Source: a virus
Length of the DNA stretch: 64,000 bases
Strand: one strand, 5' to 3'
IMG/VR virus record: IMGVR_UViG_3300037483_001012
Span: 1 to 64,000 of that record
Shown here: positions 8,607 to 17,431 of the stretch, in pieces
How positions within the stretch are numbered: the first letter of the stretch is position 1
Layout of the letters: each line of letters begins with the position of its first letter
Notes under the pieces: generated by a model
Databases searched by the model: none
What the model saw: only the letters and a program-made list of their open reading frames with translations
What the model was told of the DNA's origin: nothing
Made by a program: the position numbers and the translations under genes

Positions 8607-9659
8607 ATGAACAGCACCTCCAAGGTTCACGACATTCACCAGCGCGACGACCTCGCGTTCCCCACTTCTTTGAGGGGGTTTCAGAAGCTTTTCCCCGATG
8701 ACGCGGCGTGCGCGGCCTATTTGGAGCGCGTCCGCTGGCATGGAACTTTCGAGTGCCAGCATTGCTCCGAAAAGGGCGATCCCTACCGCTTTGCAGGCCG
8801 GCCGGGCGTGCTCCGCTGCCGCAAGTGCCAGCGGGACACGAGCCTGATGCGCGGAACCGTGATGCAGGACACGAAAACCCCGCTCACGGTTTGGTTTTGG
8901 GGTGCCTACCTCGTGTCGAGTATGACGCCCGGCATGTCGGCGGTGCAGTTCCAGCGGCAACTTGGCCTTAGCCGGTACGAAACCGCCTTTAATATCCTGC
9001 ACAAGCTGCGCGCGGGCATGGTGCGCCAAGGCCGGGACCGGATCGGCGGCAACCTCGCGCGCGGCGATCACGTCGAGATTGACGAGACTTACATCGGCGG
9101 CGCGGTGCGCGGCCAAGGGCGCGGCCCGCAAGATCAGACCCTTGTCATGGCCGCCGTCGAGGTCCGCACCCGACCGGCCAAGAAGGGCGACAAGCCCATG
9201 CGGCGCGGTGGGCGCTATGCTGGCCGGTTGCGCTTGGAAATCGTCCCCAATCGCGGCGCACGCGCCATGACGAGCTTTGTAGAGGCGGCAGTAGAGCCGG
9301 GCGCGATGGTCATCACGGACGGCGCGCCGGGCTATAGCACGCTTGCCAAGCTCGGCTACCAGCACTTGCCGGTTGTCGAGGGGAACGACCCGAAGGTGGC
9401 CGAAGAGTTTCTGCCCATCGTCCACCTTGTTTTCTCGAATTTGAAGGCTTGGCTTGGCGGAACGCACCACGGGCGCGTCGAGCCAAAACATCTGCAAACC
9501 TACCTGAATGAGTTCGTTTTTCGATTCAATCGCCGCTTTTACCCGTTCAACGCCTTTCGCTCGCTCTTGGGCATCGGCACGAACGGGGAAGGTCCGACAT
9601 ACGCCGGCCTGTATTCCGGCGACTGGAAACACCCCACGATGGCAAGCCGCCACGGCTAA
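8607..9659 (+). CDS. IS1595-family transposase
   Basis: Zinc ribbon CQHC...CRKC; EIDETYIGG, ITDG, KHLQTYLNEFVFRFNRR. Confidence 0.93.
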   Translation: MNSTSKVHDIHQRDDLAFPTSLRGFQKLFPDDAACAAYLERVRWHGTFECQHCSEKGDPYRFAGRPGVLRCRKCQRDTSLMRGTVMQDTKTPLTVWFWGAYLVSSMTPGMSAVQFQRQLGLSRYETAFNILHKLRAGMVRQGRDRIGGNLARGDHVEIDETYIGGAVRGQGRGPQDQTLVMAAVEVRTRPAKKGDKPMRRGGRYAGRLRLEIVPNRGARAMTSFVEAAVEPGAMVITDGAPGYSTLAKLGYQHLPVVEGNDPKVAEEFLPIVHLVFSNLKAWLGGTHHGRVEPKHLQTYLNEFVFRFNRRFYPFNAFRSLLGIGTNGEGPTYAGLYSGDWKHPTMASRHG

Positions 9660-9684
9660 GCCCGCAACATCTAGGAGAGACATC

Positions 9685-10284
9685 ATGCCCTTAAATCTTC
9701 GGAACCCCGCCGCTCTTGGTGCTTTCGCGAAGGGTGATCTTGAAAACGCAATGGTCGCCTCGACGCCGGGCGGCATCGAACGGCAAGAAAAAGCGGGCCA
9801 AGGCGAATTGGTGAATTCCACCAATATGCCGCTCGAATTGCGGCCGAGCCGCGAGGCTTTCGAGACGGTCGGATTCACGTTCGGAGAGGCGTTGGACGAC
9901 GTGTTCATGAAGGCCACGCTCCCGACCGGCTGGAAGCGGGAAGCCTCAGAACACGCCATGCACTCCTACATCCTCGACGAACAGGGACGGAAGCGGGTCG
10001 AGGTATTCTACAAAGCCGCATTTTATGATCGGCGCGCCGACGCAGGATTGATCGGACGCTACAGCGTCCAGTCCTGCTACCCGGACAATCCGAGCGGCGA
10101 AGGTCTGGCCGAAGATGAAATTCGCCATGTCGTTTTCGATGGCGGCACAGAAATTCACCGGATGCCCGTATGCAAACGTAGTGATTGGTCAGCGCGGGAA
10201 CCCTCAGAGAAAGCGGCGCGCGCATGGCTTGCGGAAAGGTTCCCGCGCGCGGACGACCCGACTGCTTACTGGTCAGAGTCATGA
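9685..10284 (+). CDS. IS passenger gene, phage-type hypothetical protein
   Basis: Inside the TIRs; AGGAG RBS; STPGGIERQE...FYKAAFYDRRA. Confidence 0.8.
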   Translation: MPLNLRNPAALGAFAKGDLENAMVASTPGGIERQEKAGQGELVNSTNMPLELRPSREAFETVGFTFGEALDDVFMKATLPTGWKREASEHAMHSYILDEQGRKRVEVFYKAAFYDRRADAGLIGRYSVQSCYPDNPSGEGLAEDEIRHVVFDGGTEIHRMPVCKRSDWSAREPSEKAARAWLAERFPRADDPTAYWSES

Positions 10285-10343
10285 GGGCCATTTCCGATGC
10301 TACATCATCTGGCGTCATTGGGAGTCAACCGGATAAGCATGGT

Positions 10344-10793
10344 TCAATCTGATCCGCCACCATCGATATACGAATATAGCGATCGCCCCGTCTTCGGACA
10401 GACCGTCTTCGTCATCCGGCCGGCCGCGACCTCTTCCTCGCAGCTTTCCTCGAGAATCTTCGTCAGCCCTTCGATCGCGAAACCATCCCTGATCTCGGGC
10501 GACCGGTTGGCGACTGCGGTGAGCGCAGTGGCAACCTCATCGTCAGTCGCGCCAATCGCGGAAAGCGCAGCGGCGGCGTCGAGCGAGCCAAGGCCGGCGA
10601 TCACCTTCAATGCGTCGACCAACAATATGTTTGGTAAAAACGAGATGCTAGATTCCTCGATGAGGCTGGCGACGGCATCCATCAGATTTCGCCTCGTCAT
10701 GCGGGCATACCGGCGAGCCGCGTTTATGGCCGCGGTCTTGAACGCCTCGCTCGCGGTGTTGCCTGGCTGGTCGTCTATTACGATGCTTGCCAT
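10344..10793 (-). CDS. Hypothetical protein; stop codon lies in the IS target duplication
   Basis: 149-aa ORF in the minus-strand run. Confidence 0.6.
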   Translation of the reverse strand: MASIVIDDQPGNTASEAFKTAAINAARRYARMTRRNLMDAVASLIEESSISFLPNILLVDALKVIAGLGSLDAAAALSAIGATDDEVATALTAVANRSPEIRDGFAIEGLTKILEESCEEEVAAGRMTKTVCPKTGRSLYSYIDGGGSD

Positions 10794-10805
10794 GGTCAGG
10801 CCACC

Positions 10806-11003
10806 TTAATATTTGGCGTTAACGGTGACTTTGATAGCGCGATGCACACCATATTTGCTGTTATTCTTCCACGTTTTGTCGCTCACTCCATACGCCTTCT
10901 TGAATGTCGCGATGGAGTCGCGCCGAGTACGGCATACCGTGTCGACATAGACGCGACCGTTCCAATGACGAATGGCCCAGCCATTGACCGGCTCTATCTT
11001 CAT
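10806..11003 (-). CDS. Hypothetical protein
   Basis: AAGGA RBS; ATGA overlap with upstream gene. Confidence 0.6.
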   Translation of the reverse strand: MKIEPVNGWAIRHWNGRVYVDTVCRTRRDSIATFKKAYGVSDKTWKNNSKYGVHRAIKVTVNAKY

Positions 11004-11260
11004 GTCAAATCCTTGTCGGTTGGAATGAGATCGCGGCAATCGCGCTGAAACACATTGCCGGTTTTCTCATCGCGAACCTGGAACCCGCCGCCGCGCGGCG
11101 CAACGATGATGCCGTCGAAGCCGGCGACCATGCCGCACCGCTTGGAGTAGACCTTGTCGCCGGATTTAAATTCGTAATCGCGCCGAGAGAGGCTGTCGCG
11201 CCGGAAACCAGATTTAGATGGCCCGGGTTTGTTGGCAGTGTTGTAACCATGGCTGGTCAT
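11000..11260 (-). CDS. Hypothetical protein (KOW/SH3-like motif)
   Basis: FKSGDKVYSK...GIIV motif. Confidence 0.55.
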   Translation of the reverse strand: MTSHGYNTANKPGPSKSGFRRDSLSRRDYEFKSGDKVYSKRCGMVAGFDGIIVAPRGGGFQVRDEKTGNVFQRDCRDLIPTDKDLT

Positions 11261-11269
11261 GAAATTTTA

Positions 11270-12101
11270 CATGCTTATCCGGTTTAGACATACAGGCTCT
11301 AGATGTTGTGTCATGCTGCGGCCTCATCGTCGTCGGGATCGCGCTCATATTTCTCTCCGTAGACGCGCTCATAGAGTTCATCGGTTGCCTCGCATCTTGT
11401 CCAAGCCTGTTCACCCGCCGGCGGGTTGAAATATCCCTGCCCGGCAAAATTCCAGCCCTCGTCAAAGGTCAGGCACTTGAACTGCAAAGCTGGAAACTCG
11501 CGGGCGAGCGCGGCGAAAATCGGCTCTGGAAACCCCCACGCCGTCTCAAAGAGAAATTCGAGCGGATCATCGCTGACGGGACGGAAGGAATAGGAGTTCC
11601 ACTTCGTCCCCCAATTAGCGATGTTCCAGGAATACCAGCCCGCAAAGCCCGTTTCGAGGATCGCTTGTAGCCGAAGGCGGCCGGCGGTTTCGTATTCGGG
11701 GTTTTTTGCAAGATAAGCCGCCGCAACTTCCCTAATTGGGGCATCGGGCATTGCGACTTCGTCGCGGAACCGCTGAATATGCGTGTTGTACATCCCCATC
11801 GTTTCGAACGGCGCGCCGCGCTCGGCGCGCAGGATGACTAAGCGCGCGCCATATTCGCTGATTGTCGATTCCTCAATTTTACTGAGGATGACTGGCGCGG
11901 GGATGATCTTGTCGAAATCGAGAAGGGTATAAGGCTCGCCCTTCTCGTCGGTGGTCGTGACGACCATCCGCGCACGGAAGGTGGCCAAATCCATGGCCGG
12001 GCCGATCACCGTGCATCGCGTCGTTACGTGATTTGGCATCTGGATTAGCCCTCTACATCTAGTGGGTTTTTGCGCACTGTGTCGTTAACCGGATAAGCAT
12101 G
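11270..12101 (-). mobile_element. Non-autonomous IS1595-derived cassette with one cargo gene and no transposase
   Basis: 15-bp perfect TIRs CATGCTTATCCGGTT (11270-11284, 12087-12101) identical to the ends of the 8558-10341 element; 8-bp duplication AAATTTTA (11262-11269, 12102-12109). Confidence 0.88.
11311..12039 (-). CDS. DUF1281/YubB-like (ferredoxin-like domain) protein, cassette cargo
   Basis: MPNHV...DFDKIIPAP...WYSWNIANWGTKWN...FETAWGFPEP...FPALQF. Confidence 0.8.
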   Translation of the reverse strand: MPNHVTTRCTVIGPAMDLATFRARMVVTTTDEKGEPYTLLDFDKIIPAPVILSKIEESTISEYGARLVILRAERGAPFETMGMYNTHIQRFRDEVAMPDAPIREVAAAYLAKNPEYETAGRLRLQAILETGFAGWYSWNIANWGTKWNSYSFRPVSDDPLEFLFETAWGFPEPIFAALAREFPALQFKCLTFDEGWNFAGQGYFNPPAGEQAWTRCEATDELYERVYGEKYERDPDDDEAAA

Positions 12102-12106
12102 AAATT

Positions 12107-12307
12107 TTACTCTTCGCGTTCCTCGGGAAGATTGAATGAGGGTAGCGTAATTGCCTTCGGTGCCGCGTTGCCGGTTTTTCTTTTGCCGCCGTCAGAGAAC
12201 CGATTGGTTGCCTTCGCCGTTGCGCGGCGCAGTGCGCTACGAACGTCGCCGCGGATCGGCTTGGATGGGCTGGTATAGCCTTCGAATTTATGCGTCGTCA
12301 TCATCAT
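12107..12307 (-). CDS. Hypothetical basic protein; stop codon lies in the cassette target duplication
   Basis: 66-aa ORF abutting the upstream gene. Confidence 0.55.
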   Translation of the reverse strand: MMMTTHKFEGYTSPSKPIRGDVRSALRRATAKATNRFSDGGKRKTGNAAPKAITLPSFNLPEEREE

Positions 12308-12793
12308 CTATCCATGGCCAGCGTGCACAAACGGGCACCCGTAATGGCCGCAATCGTCAATGTGCCGGCAACCTTCGCAGAATCGGGTGGTGGTGAGATT
12401 GGCCTCTTCTTGGTCGACGCTCGGCTGGGCGCCATCCGTCGCCTTTGTGGGCTCGCCATGCGGCTGTTCACATATTGAAAACTGCCGGCTGCGATGATTA
12501 AAAGTGCGGCGCGCTTTCGCGGCGCCGCCCCGCACGCCCGGTACATCCGCGGTGCGCGCGGTAAAGGTAAAATTGGGCTCGATGGTTACAGACTGGCCCA
12601 AGGCGAGAGCGACGTCGCGAAATGGCTTATCGTCAAAAAAGACACTGAATACGATGGTCAGTTCGCCGCCTTCCACATAGCCACCCGTGGCGATGAGCGC
12701 CGGCGCGGCCGCCCGCCCAACTACCGCGCCTGGCAGCGCCGCTACAGCGCCGGCGGCGGCCGCTCCGATCAGGAATGTTCGTCGGGATTGCAT
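12308..12793 (-). CDS. Hypothetical protein with twin-arginine (Tat)-like signal
   Basis: SRRTFLIGAAAAGAVAAL N-terminus. Confidence 0.5.
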   Translation of the reverse strand: MQSRRTFLIGAAAAGAVAALPGAVVGRAAAPALIATGGYVEGGELTIVFSVFFDDKPFRDVALALGQSVTIEPNFTFTARTADVPGVRGGAAKARRTFNHRSRQFSICEQPHGEPTKATDGAQPSVDQEEANLTTTRFCEGCRHIDDCGHYGCPFVHAGHG

Positions 12794-12863
12794 TCATCAA
12801 AAATATCAGTAAATTGATAACTACGCAAGCGCAGAAACTGGCTATCCCCCAGGTCATTCCGTC

Positions 12864-13103
12864 ATGAACCGCCGACTTATCCAGCCGCCCGTTGTGGAGC
12901 GTCGAGCCGAGATCCCGGCCGGCACCGTCTTCGCGTATGGCGGCCGCCAGCTCATGGTCACCAAAAGCTACGGCACCGATAATGCGGCACCGGTGATTGT
13001 CGAGGAACTCACCGACCGGTACGCCATCAAGGGCCAATACGCGCTGTGGAGCCTGGATTGCGTCCGGCGGGCCGTGGCCGGCCGGACGCCGGGCCTGACT
13101 TAG
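12864..13103 (+). CDS. Hypothetical protein
   Basis: 79-aa ORF with protein-like composition. Confidence 0.5.
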   Translation: MNRRLIQPPVVERRAEIPAGTVFAYGGRQLMVTKSYGTDNAAPVIVEELTDRYAIKGQYALWSLDCVRRAVAGRTPGLT

Positions 13104-13160
13104 GCGTCGGAGACGCCACCCCCAGCCGTTTGCCGGGCGCGCGCAGCACTGCTGCGCCGA

Positions 13161-13346
13161 CTATCGCTTCCCCTTGATCGACTTTTTGTGATCGACGTAG
13201 GCGCGCAGAACGGCATTCATATGAGTTTGATAATTCGGGCCATCATTTTTGAAGAAGGCGAGCACATCTTCATCGATTCGGATTGAGATGGCCTTCTTGG
13301 CTGGCGGGACCGCGACCTTCACCTTATTCCAGTCGATGTCGCTCAT
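13161..13346 (-). CDS. brnA: BrnA-family antitoxin, short and orphan
   Basis: KKAISIRIDEDVLAFFK..GPNYQTHMNAVLRAY; GGAGG RBS; no brnT alongside. Confidence 0.8.
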   Translation of the reverse strand: MSDIDWNKVKVAVPPAKKAISIRIDEDVLAFFKNDGPNYQTHMNAVLRAYVDHKKSIKGKR

Positions 13347-13501
13347 GTGGCGCCGGCCTCCGTTGGCTACCGGGTTTCAGGTTTCCCCTAACCCGTTGGT
13401 CGGAGAACCGGCTCTACCGACGGATCGGTAGCGGCTGCCTAATCGCCGTCCACATCGACATCATACCACCGTGTTTGTGGCGGCCAAAGGGCGCCGAAAC
13501 G

Positions 13502-13539
13502 AAAAAAAAAGCCCGCCACCGGGGTCACCGGCAGCGGGC
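13502..13539 (-). terminator. Rho-independent terminator
   Basis: GC stem GCCCGC/GCGGGC followed by a 9-T run on the minus strand. Confidence 0.6.
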
Positions 13540-13668
13540 GAGTTGGGAGGTACGCACACAAAACCGGGGAGGAACGCCGGCGTTGGTCAGGCGCCGGCGC
13601 TCCGACCGCTGTCGCAGCGGTCCACCCGCGCGCATCGCCTGGTCAGGACGACGCGGGGTCTGTGATCG

Positions 13669-14295
13669 TTATTTTCCTAAGTGCTTGCTATCGGCGCAGG
13701 CGATCAGAAAACCGCTTCGCAGGTGGCCATGATAGGTTTTGGTGCTGATCGAACCGGCACCAGCGCCGCATCCGCAGGACCTGACGTCCAGGGTGCCATC
13801 CTCGGGCCGGCCGGTGCGCACCCAGCATTTACCCGGGTAGTCGGCCGGCCGGCGGCAATTACTTGCCCGGCTATCGATAATCCAATCGTTGCGCCACCCG
13901 CCCGGTAATCTCACAACCAGTGATCGGCCGTCTGGCCCTCGGTAGCGGTCGCCATACCACTGAGCATTCCAGCACGCGCCGGCCGGCGCCGTATCGAGCG
14001 TCATCTCCTGGCCATCTGCCGTCCGGTAGACCCGATCGTGGTCGACGAGCCAAAAACCGCCGGCGCCTATCGGCTGCTGGCATTGTTCACAGGCCAGCGG
14101 CCACCGCGGATCGTCTCGCGGCGGTCCAACCTCGCCACTCACAGGAATTTCGGCGGAAACGAACGTGTCGACGACAACGGACGCGGTATGCACGGTGAAT
14201 GGGCCGGCCTGGCATGGTTCGCCGCCTACCCGGCGCAGCGAGCGGACCACTTTGTCCGTCGGCGCAAGGAAGAATATCTCGACCTGGTTTGTCAC
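13669..14295 (-). CDS. Hypothetical Cys/His-rich protein (DUF6527-like C-terminus)
   Basis: GPDGRSLVVRLP...WIIDSRASNC...CWVRTG...GAGSI...YHGHLRSGFL. Confidence 0.6.
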   Translation of the reverse strand: MTNQVEIFFLAPTDKVVRSLRRVGGEPCQAGPFTVHTASVVVDTFVSAEIPVSGEVGPPRDDPRWPLACEQCQQPIGAGGFWLVDHDRVYRTADGQEMTLDTAPAGACWNAQWYGDRYRGPDGRSLVVRLPGGWRNDWIIDSRASNCRRPADYPGKCWVRTGRPEDGTLDVRSCGCGAGAGSISTKTYHGHLRSGFLIACADSKHLGK

Positions 14296-14471
14296 GTGGG
14301 CATCTCGGCGTCTCCGCGCGCGATCGGCCGCTCCGGCGGGCACCCCTCATCCGCGCCCGCGATCGAAATGAGGCCGAGCACCAATGCCAATACGGCGATG
14401 GCCATAAACCAGCGCGAAATAAACGGCGCCGGCGGCCGCGGTCTCGATACGTCACAAAACCGGCGAGTCAT
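14292..14471 (-). CDS. Small membrane or secreted protein
   Basis: Hydrophobic stretch; GTGA overlap with next gene. Confidence 0.45.
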   Translation of the reverse strand: MTRRFCDVSRPRPPAPFISRWFMAIAVLALVLGLISIAGADEGCPPERPIARGDAEMPT

Positions 14472-14657
14472 GGCTAGCCCGCCGCCAAGCACGGTTTTTG
14501 GGCGCCGGCTATCAAGGCGCCACCATCGCCGCAACGCCGATCGCCACCGGCGCCACGATTATGACGAAGGCGCTCGTCCGGGCAATGATGGGGTGCTCAT
14601 GCCAGAAACCGGCCGCAGCGGCGACATAGGAGAGCGGGCCGGCGATGATGCGGTCGC

Positions 14658-15323
14658 TCATAGGTCACCGCTCGATATGTGTCGATCAAGCTTATATTTT
14701 TCGACCGCCGAATAGATGTTGCGGCCGCAGCCGTAAGCGTTTCTTCCGATGTCGAGTTCAAAGTGGCCGAGATCGCCGCGGCACCAGTCGCCACCACTGA
14801 CCAGCCCGGCGGCGCGCGCCATCCGGCTGACCGCCGCCTTATCCATCCTGACCGTCACCTTGCCGCGCGCGACTTGATTGATGTCGATCGCTAGGCCCTT
14901 GGGATGCATGTTGCAGCCCGCACAGCTACCGCTCGGCCGCCACCCGCCCATGAACTTGATCGGGTAACCGGAGGCGGTGAGATCGGCGCAGAACCGCTCG
15001 AATGGCGCCTTGGCCCGGGCCGCGACCCTGGCAGTCCGGCCACCGCAGGTCATGGTGACAAGGCCGCGTTTTGCCTGCGAGGCCCGCACAGGCGTTTTCC
15101 TGATCCCGGCACTATGGCGGGCCGCTCGCTGGCCTTTCGCTGCCCGGCGGGCCGCCCGGCGCGCGCTCTTGGTGTTCTTTTCCCGAATGGCTGCCCAATC
15201 CGAGCATCCGAAGCGATCGCAGGTAATCACGACATGGCCCGACGAACGGGCTTTGGCTGCGGCGGCGGGGGTCGAAAGAATGGCGGCGGCCAAAACGGCC
15301 AAGACGATTCGCGAGAATTTCAT
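14658..15323 (-). CDS. M15-family (VanY/D,D-peptidase-like) peptidoglycan peptidase with signal peptide
   Basis: GGWR...MHPKGLAIDIN...DLGHFEL zinc motif; N-terminal signal peptide. Confidence 0.75.
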   Translation of the reverse strand: MKFSRIVLAVLAAAILSTPAAAAKARSSGHVVITCDRFGCSDWAAIREKNTKSARRAARRAAKGQRAARHSAGIRKTPVRASQAKRGLVTMTCGGRTARVAARAKAPFERFCADLTASGYPIKFMGGWRPSGSCAGCNMHPKGLAIDINQVARGKVTVRMDKAAVSRMARAAGLVSGGDWCRGDLGHFELDIGRNAYGCGRNIYSAVEKYKLDRHISSGDL

Positions 15324-15523
15324 CGGGAGCCTCGTAGTTGCGAGGGTATGTCCATCATGGACATCCCTTCGTGATGCGGGGCGCGCCGGGGCGCGGATGA
15401 AGTTTCGGGTTCCTCCTGTTATCAGGACCGGGTGATAAAATAACAGAAAATTGATAATTGCAACCCTAAAATCGCCGGCCGGTGCCTCGCGGGGACGGCA
15501 GCGGGAGGGGCTTTATTTAGGAT

Positions 15524-16009
15524 TTATATCTTTTCTTTTGGTTTGGACCTGACTACGCCAAACGCCGCGGCCACACCAAGAATCAAACCGGCGAGCCCAA
15601 GCACGATGCCCCATAGCCAGTTTGCGCCCTCGTTTCTGCCTTGAATGAGCGTCAACCGGCCATCTATGGCATCAAGTCTTTCCTGCATGATTTTGAACTG
15701 CACGGACGCCTCAGCTCGCGGCAGAAGTGTCTGCTGCTGATCCTTGAGTGTGTTGCGAAATTCGTTGACCGAATCGAAACGTTTTTCGGACGCGGCCTCT
15801 GCCTTGATAACCGCCTCCTTCGCTGCGGCCAGTGCGGCTGACACCGCCTTTTCCTGTCCGTCAAACCGTTGTCCGTTCGCGCGCTCGCGCTCCTGCATGA
15901 TCGCAAACAACTCGCGGACGGTCGGCCCATCCAGCGGCATACCTTGTTGCGCGCGCGCCGGTGACGGCATGACCGCCATCAACAACCAGAATGATAAGAG
16001 CAATCTCAT
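15524..16009 (-). CDS. Coiled-coil membrane-anchored protein, lysis region
   Basis: Signal-like N-terminus and C-terminal TM; KRFDSVNEFR.TL.DQ. Confidence 0.65.
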   Translation of the reverse strand: MRLLLSFWLLMAVMPSPARAQQGMPLDGPTVRELFAIMQERERANGQRFDGQEKAVSAALAAAKEAVIKAEAASEKRFDSVNEFRNTLKDQQQTLLPRAEASVQFKIMQERLDAIDGRLTLIQGRNEGANWLWGIVLGLAGLILGVAAAFGVVRSKPKEKI

Positions 16010-16018
16010 GGAGATTTC

Positions 16019-16393
16019 CTATCTACGTCCCGTGCGCCGCGACGGAAGATTCTCGATCTCGCGTTTGATGTCGGAGATGTCGTTTTTCTGCGCGATTTGA
16101 GCTTCTTTAATTTCACGCAAAAGCTCGGTCTGCTTGCGCGTCTCTTCAGGAAGCGCGTCAAGGATCTCGACGAGCCGGCCAAGATGGTTGCGGTGGTCGC
16201 GCAGCAGGTTGACAGCCACGGCCAGCGGCCCGTCGAAAAACCACCGCTGCTCGGCAGGCGGCTGCGGCGGCGCGGCGCTCGAGAACCAACGGCCGCGCGC
16301 AGCGCCGGTGATCAACGCCGCTAGCGCGGTAAAGAATGCCGCGAGTCCGCCGACAAGCAAAGAAAAGTTGTCAACGCTGCTGCCATCGGCCAT
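16019..16393 (-). CDS. Membrane protein with coiled coil
   Basis: N-terminal TM helix. Confidence 0.6.
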   Translation of the reverse strand: MADGSSVDNFSLLVGGLAAFFTALAALITGAARGRWFSSAAPPQPPAEQRWFFDGPLAVAVNLLRDHRNHLGRLVEILDALPEETRKQTELLREIKEAQIAQKNDISDIKREIENLPSRRTGRR

Positions 16394-16832
16394 TTGCGAG
16401 CGCCCTGTGGCAAGAGAAAATTTCACCAATCAAGAGCGAGCCGAACATTGCGACGGCCAATGCGCCGTTGCTGATATTTCCAAGAGACGGGATGACGGCG
16501 GAACCCATCAGGGCCCAGAGCACGGCCCCGCCAAGCGCGCCGGTCGCGCGCATCCACGGCCCTATGATTGGCCATCTGCCGTTGGCAAATAGTGCGACGC
16601 ATCGAGCGACGCCGCCGACAAAAAAACCAAGCTGCAGCAGCCCTTTATCAAAGCCCGCCTGGATCAGGATCAGGAACGATCCAATTTCGGCGGACTTTGG
16701 CCAGATGGTTAACGTGACGGCGATGGCGATCATCATGCCGGCGGTCACCCACTCGAACAACCGGCCGGATTGTATAATCTTTTCAACGGCAACCATGACA
16801 CGGCGCCCTGCGGAAATGGCGATATCGCTCAT
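16371..16832 (-). CDS. Multi-pass membrane protein (holin-like)
   Basis: About four hydrophobic segments. Confidence 0.6.
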   Translation of the reverse strand: MSDIAISAGRRVMVAVEKIIQSGRLFEWVTAGMMIAIAVTLTIWPKSAEIGSFLILIQAGFDKGLLQLGFFVGGVARCVALFANGRWPIIGPWMRATGALGGAVLWALMGSAVIPSLGNISNGALAVAMFGSLLIGEIFSCHRALANGRWQQR

Positions 16833-17002
16833 TTGCTGCCCGCCCCCGTCCGCTTGCGAGGCCGCGCCAAGCCAGTTTTAATATTTCCGTCCATCATGAC
16901 CCCCCTTACGGTCGTGGTGGTAGGGCACCCTTTCGGGGCGTGTCCTGGGGCACCCGGTCGCTCACCGGCTGGGTGTCCCGCTCTCTTTAAGACGCCATAC
17001 GT

Positions 17003-17425
17003 TTATCGCGCTTTCTCCCGAAGCAGTTTTTTATTCTGCTCATCGATGGCATCAAGTTCGGATTTGATTTTGTTGAGACGCTGTTGGATCAGATCGCGGT
17101 ACTGCGGTGTTTGTTTAGCCTGCTCTCCATGCAGTTCAAGTTCTCGCTTCGGAAATTCATCGAGAAGTCGTTCGCGCCGCGCGCTGTTGCTGCGCATCTC
17201 GATATCGATGACGCGATGAAGGAGCGGCGCGCGCTGTTCCAGGACATAGCCACGGTGCGCCGGAATAATGAATTCGACAACCGGCCAGGCCGCCGCTGTC
17301 GTGACAATGGCGCCGGAGATTGCGCCGATGTATCCGGCTATTTTGGCGATACGCGGCAGCTCTCGCCACCACGCAGTTGTGGCCGTGACTATTTGCATTG
17401 CCCCCTCCAATTCAAATAAATCCAA
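17003..17425 (-). CDS. Membrane protein with coiled coil
   Basis: One TM helix and charged C-terminus. Confidence 0.55.
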   Translation of the reverse strand: MDLFELEGAMQIVTATTAWWRELPRIAKIAGYIGAISGAIVTTAAAWPVVEFIIPAHRGYVLEQRAPLLHRVIDIEMRSNSARRERLLDEFPKRELELHGEQAKQTPQYRDLIQQRLNKIKSELDAIDEQNKKLLREKAR

Positions 17426-17431
17426 TCGCCC

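Larger units (their letters stand above)
8558..10341 (+). mobile_element. IS1595-family (ISSod11-like) element carrying a passenger gene
   Basis: Perfect 24-bp TIRs CATGCTTATCCGGTTGACTCCCAA (8558-8581, 10318-10341); 8-bp target duplication GTTCAATC (8550-8557, 10342-10349). Confidence 0.93.

Noticed and set aside
8481-9959. 492-aa minus-strand ORF
   Set aside because: Antisense to the IS1595 transposase and crosses the element boundary; a GC-rich shadow ORF
8558-12101. Single composite transposon spanning both IS-like elements
   Set aside because: Outer flanks differ (GTTCAATC versus AAATTTTA) and each element has its own TSD
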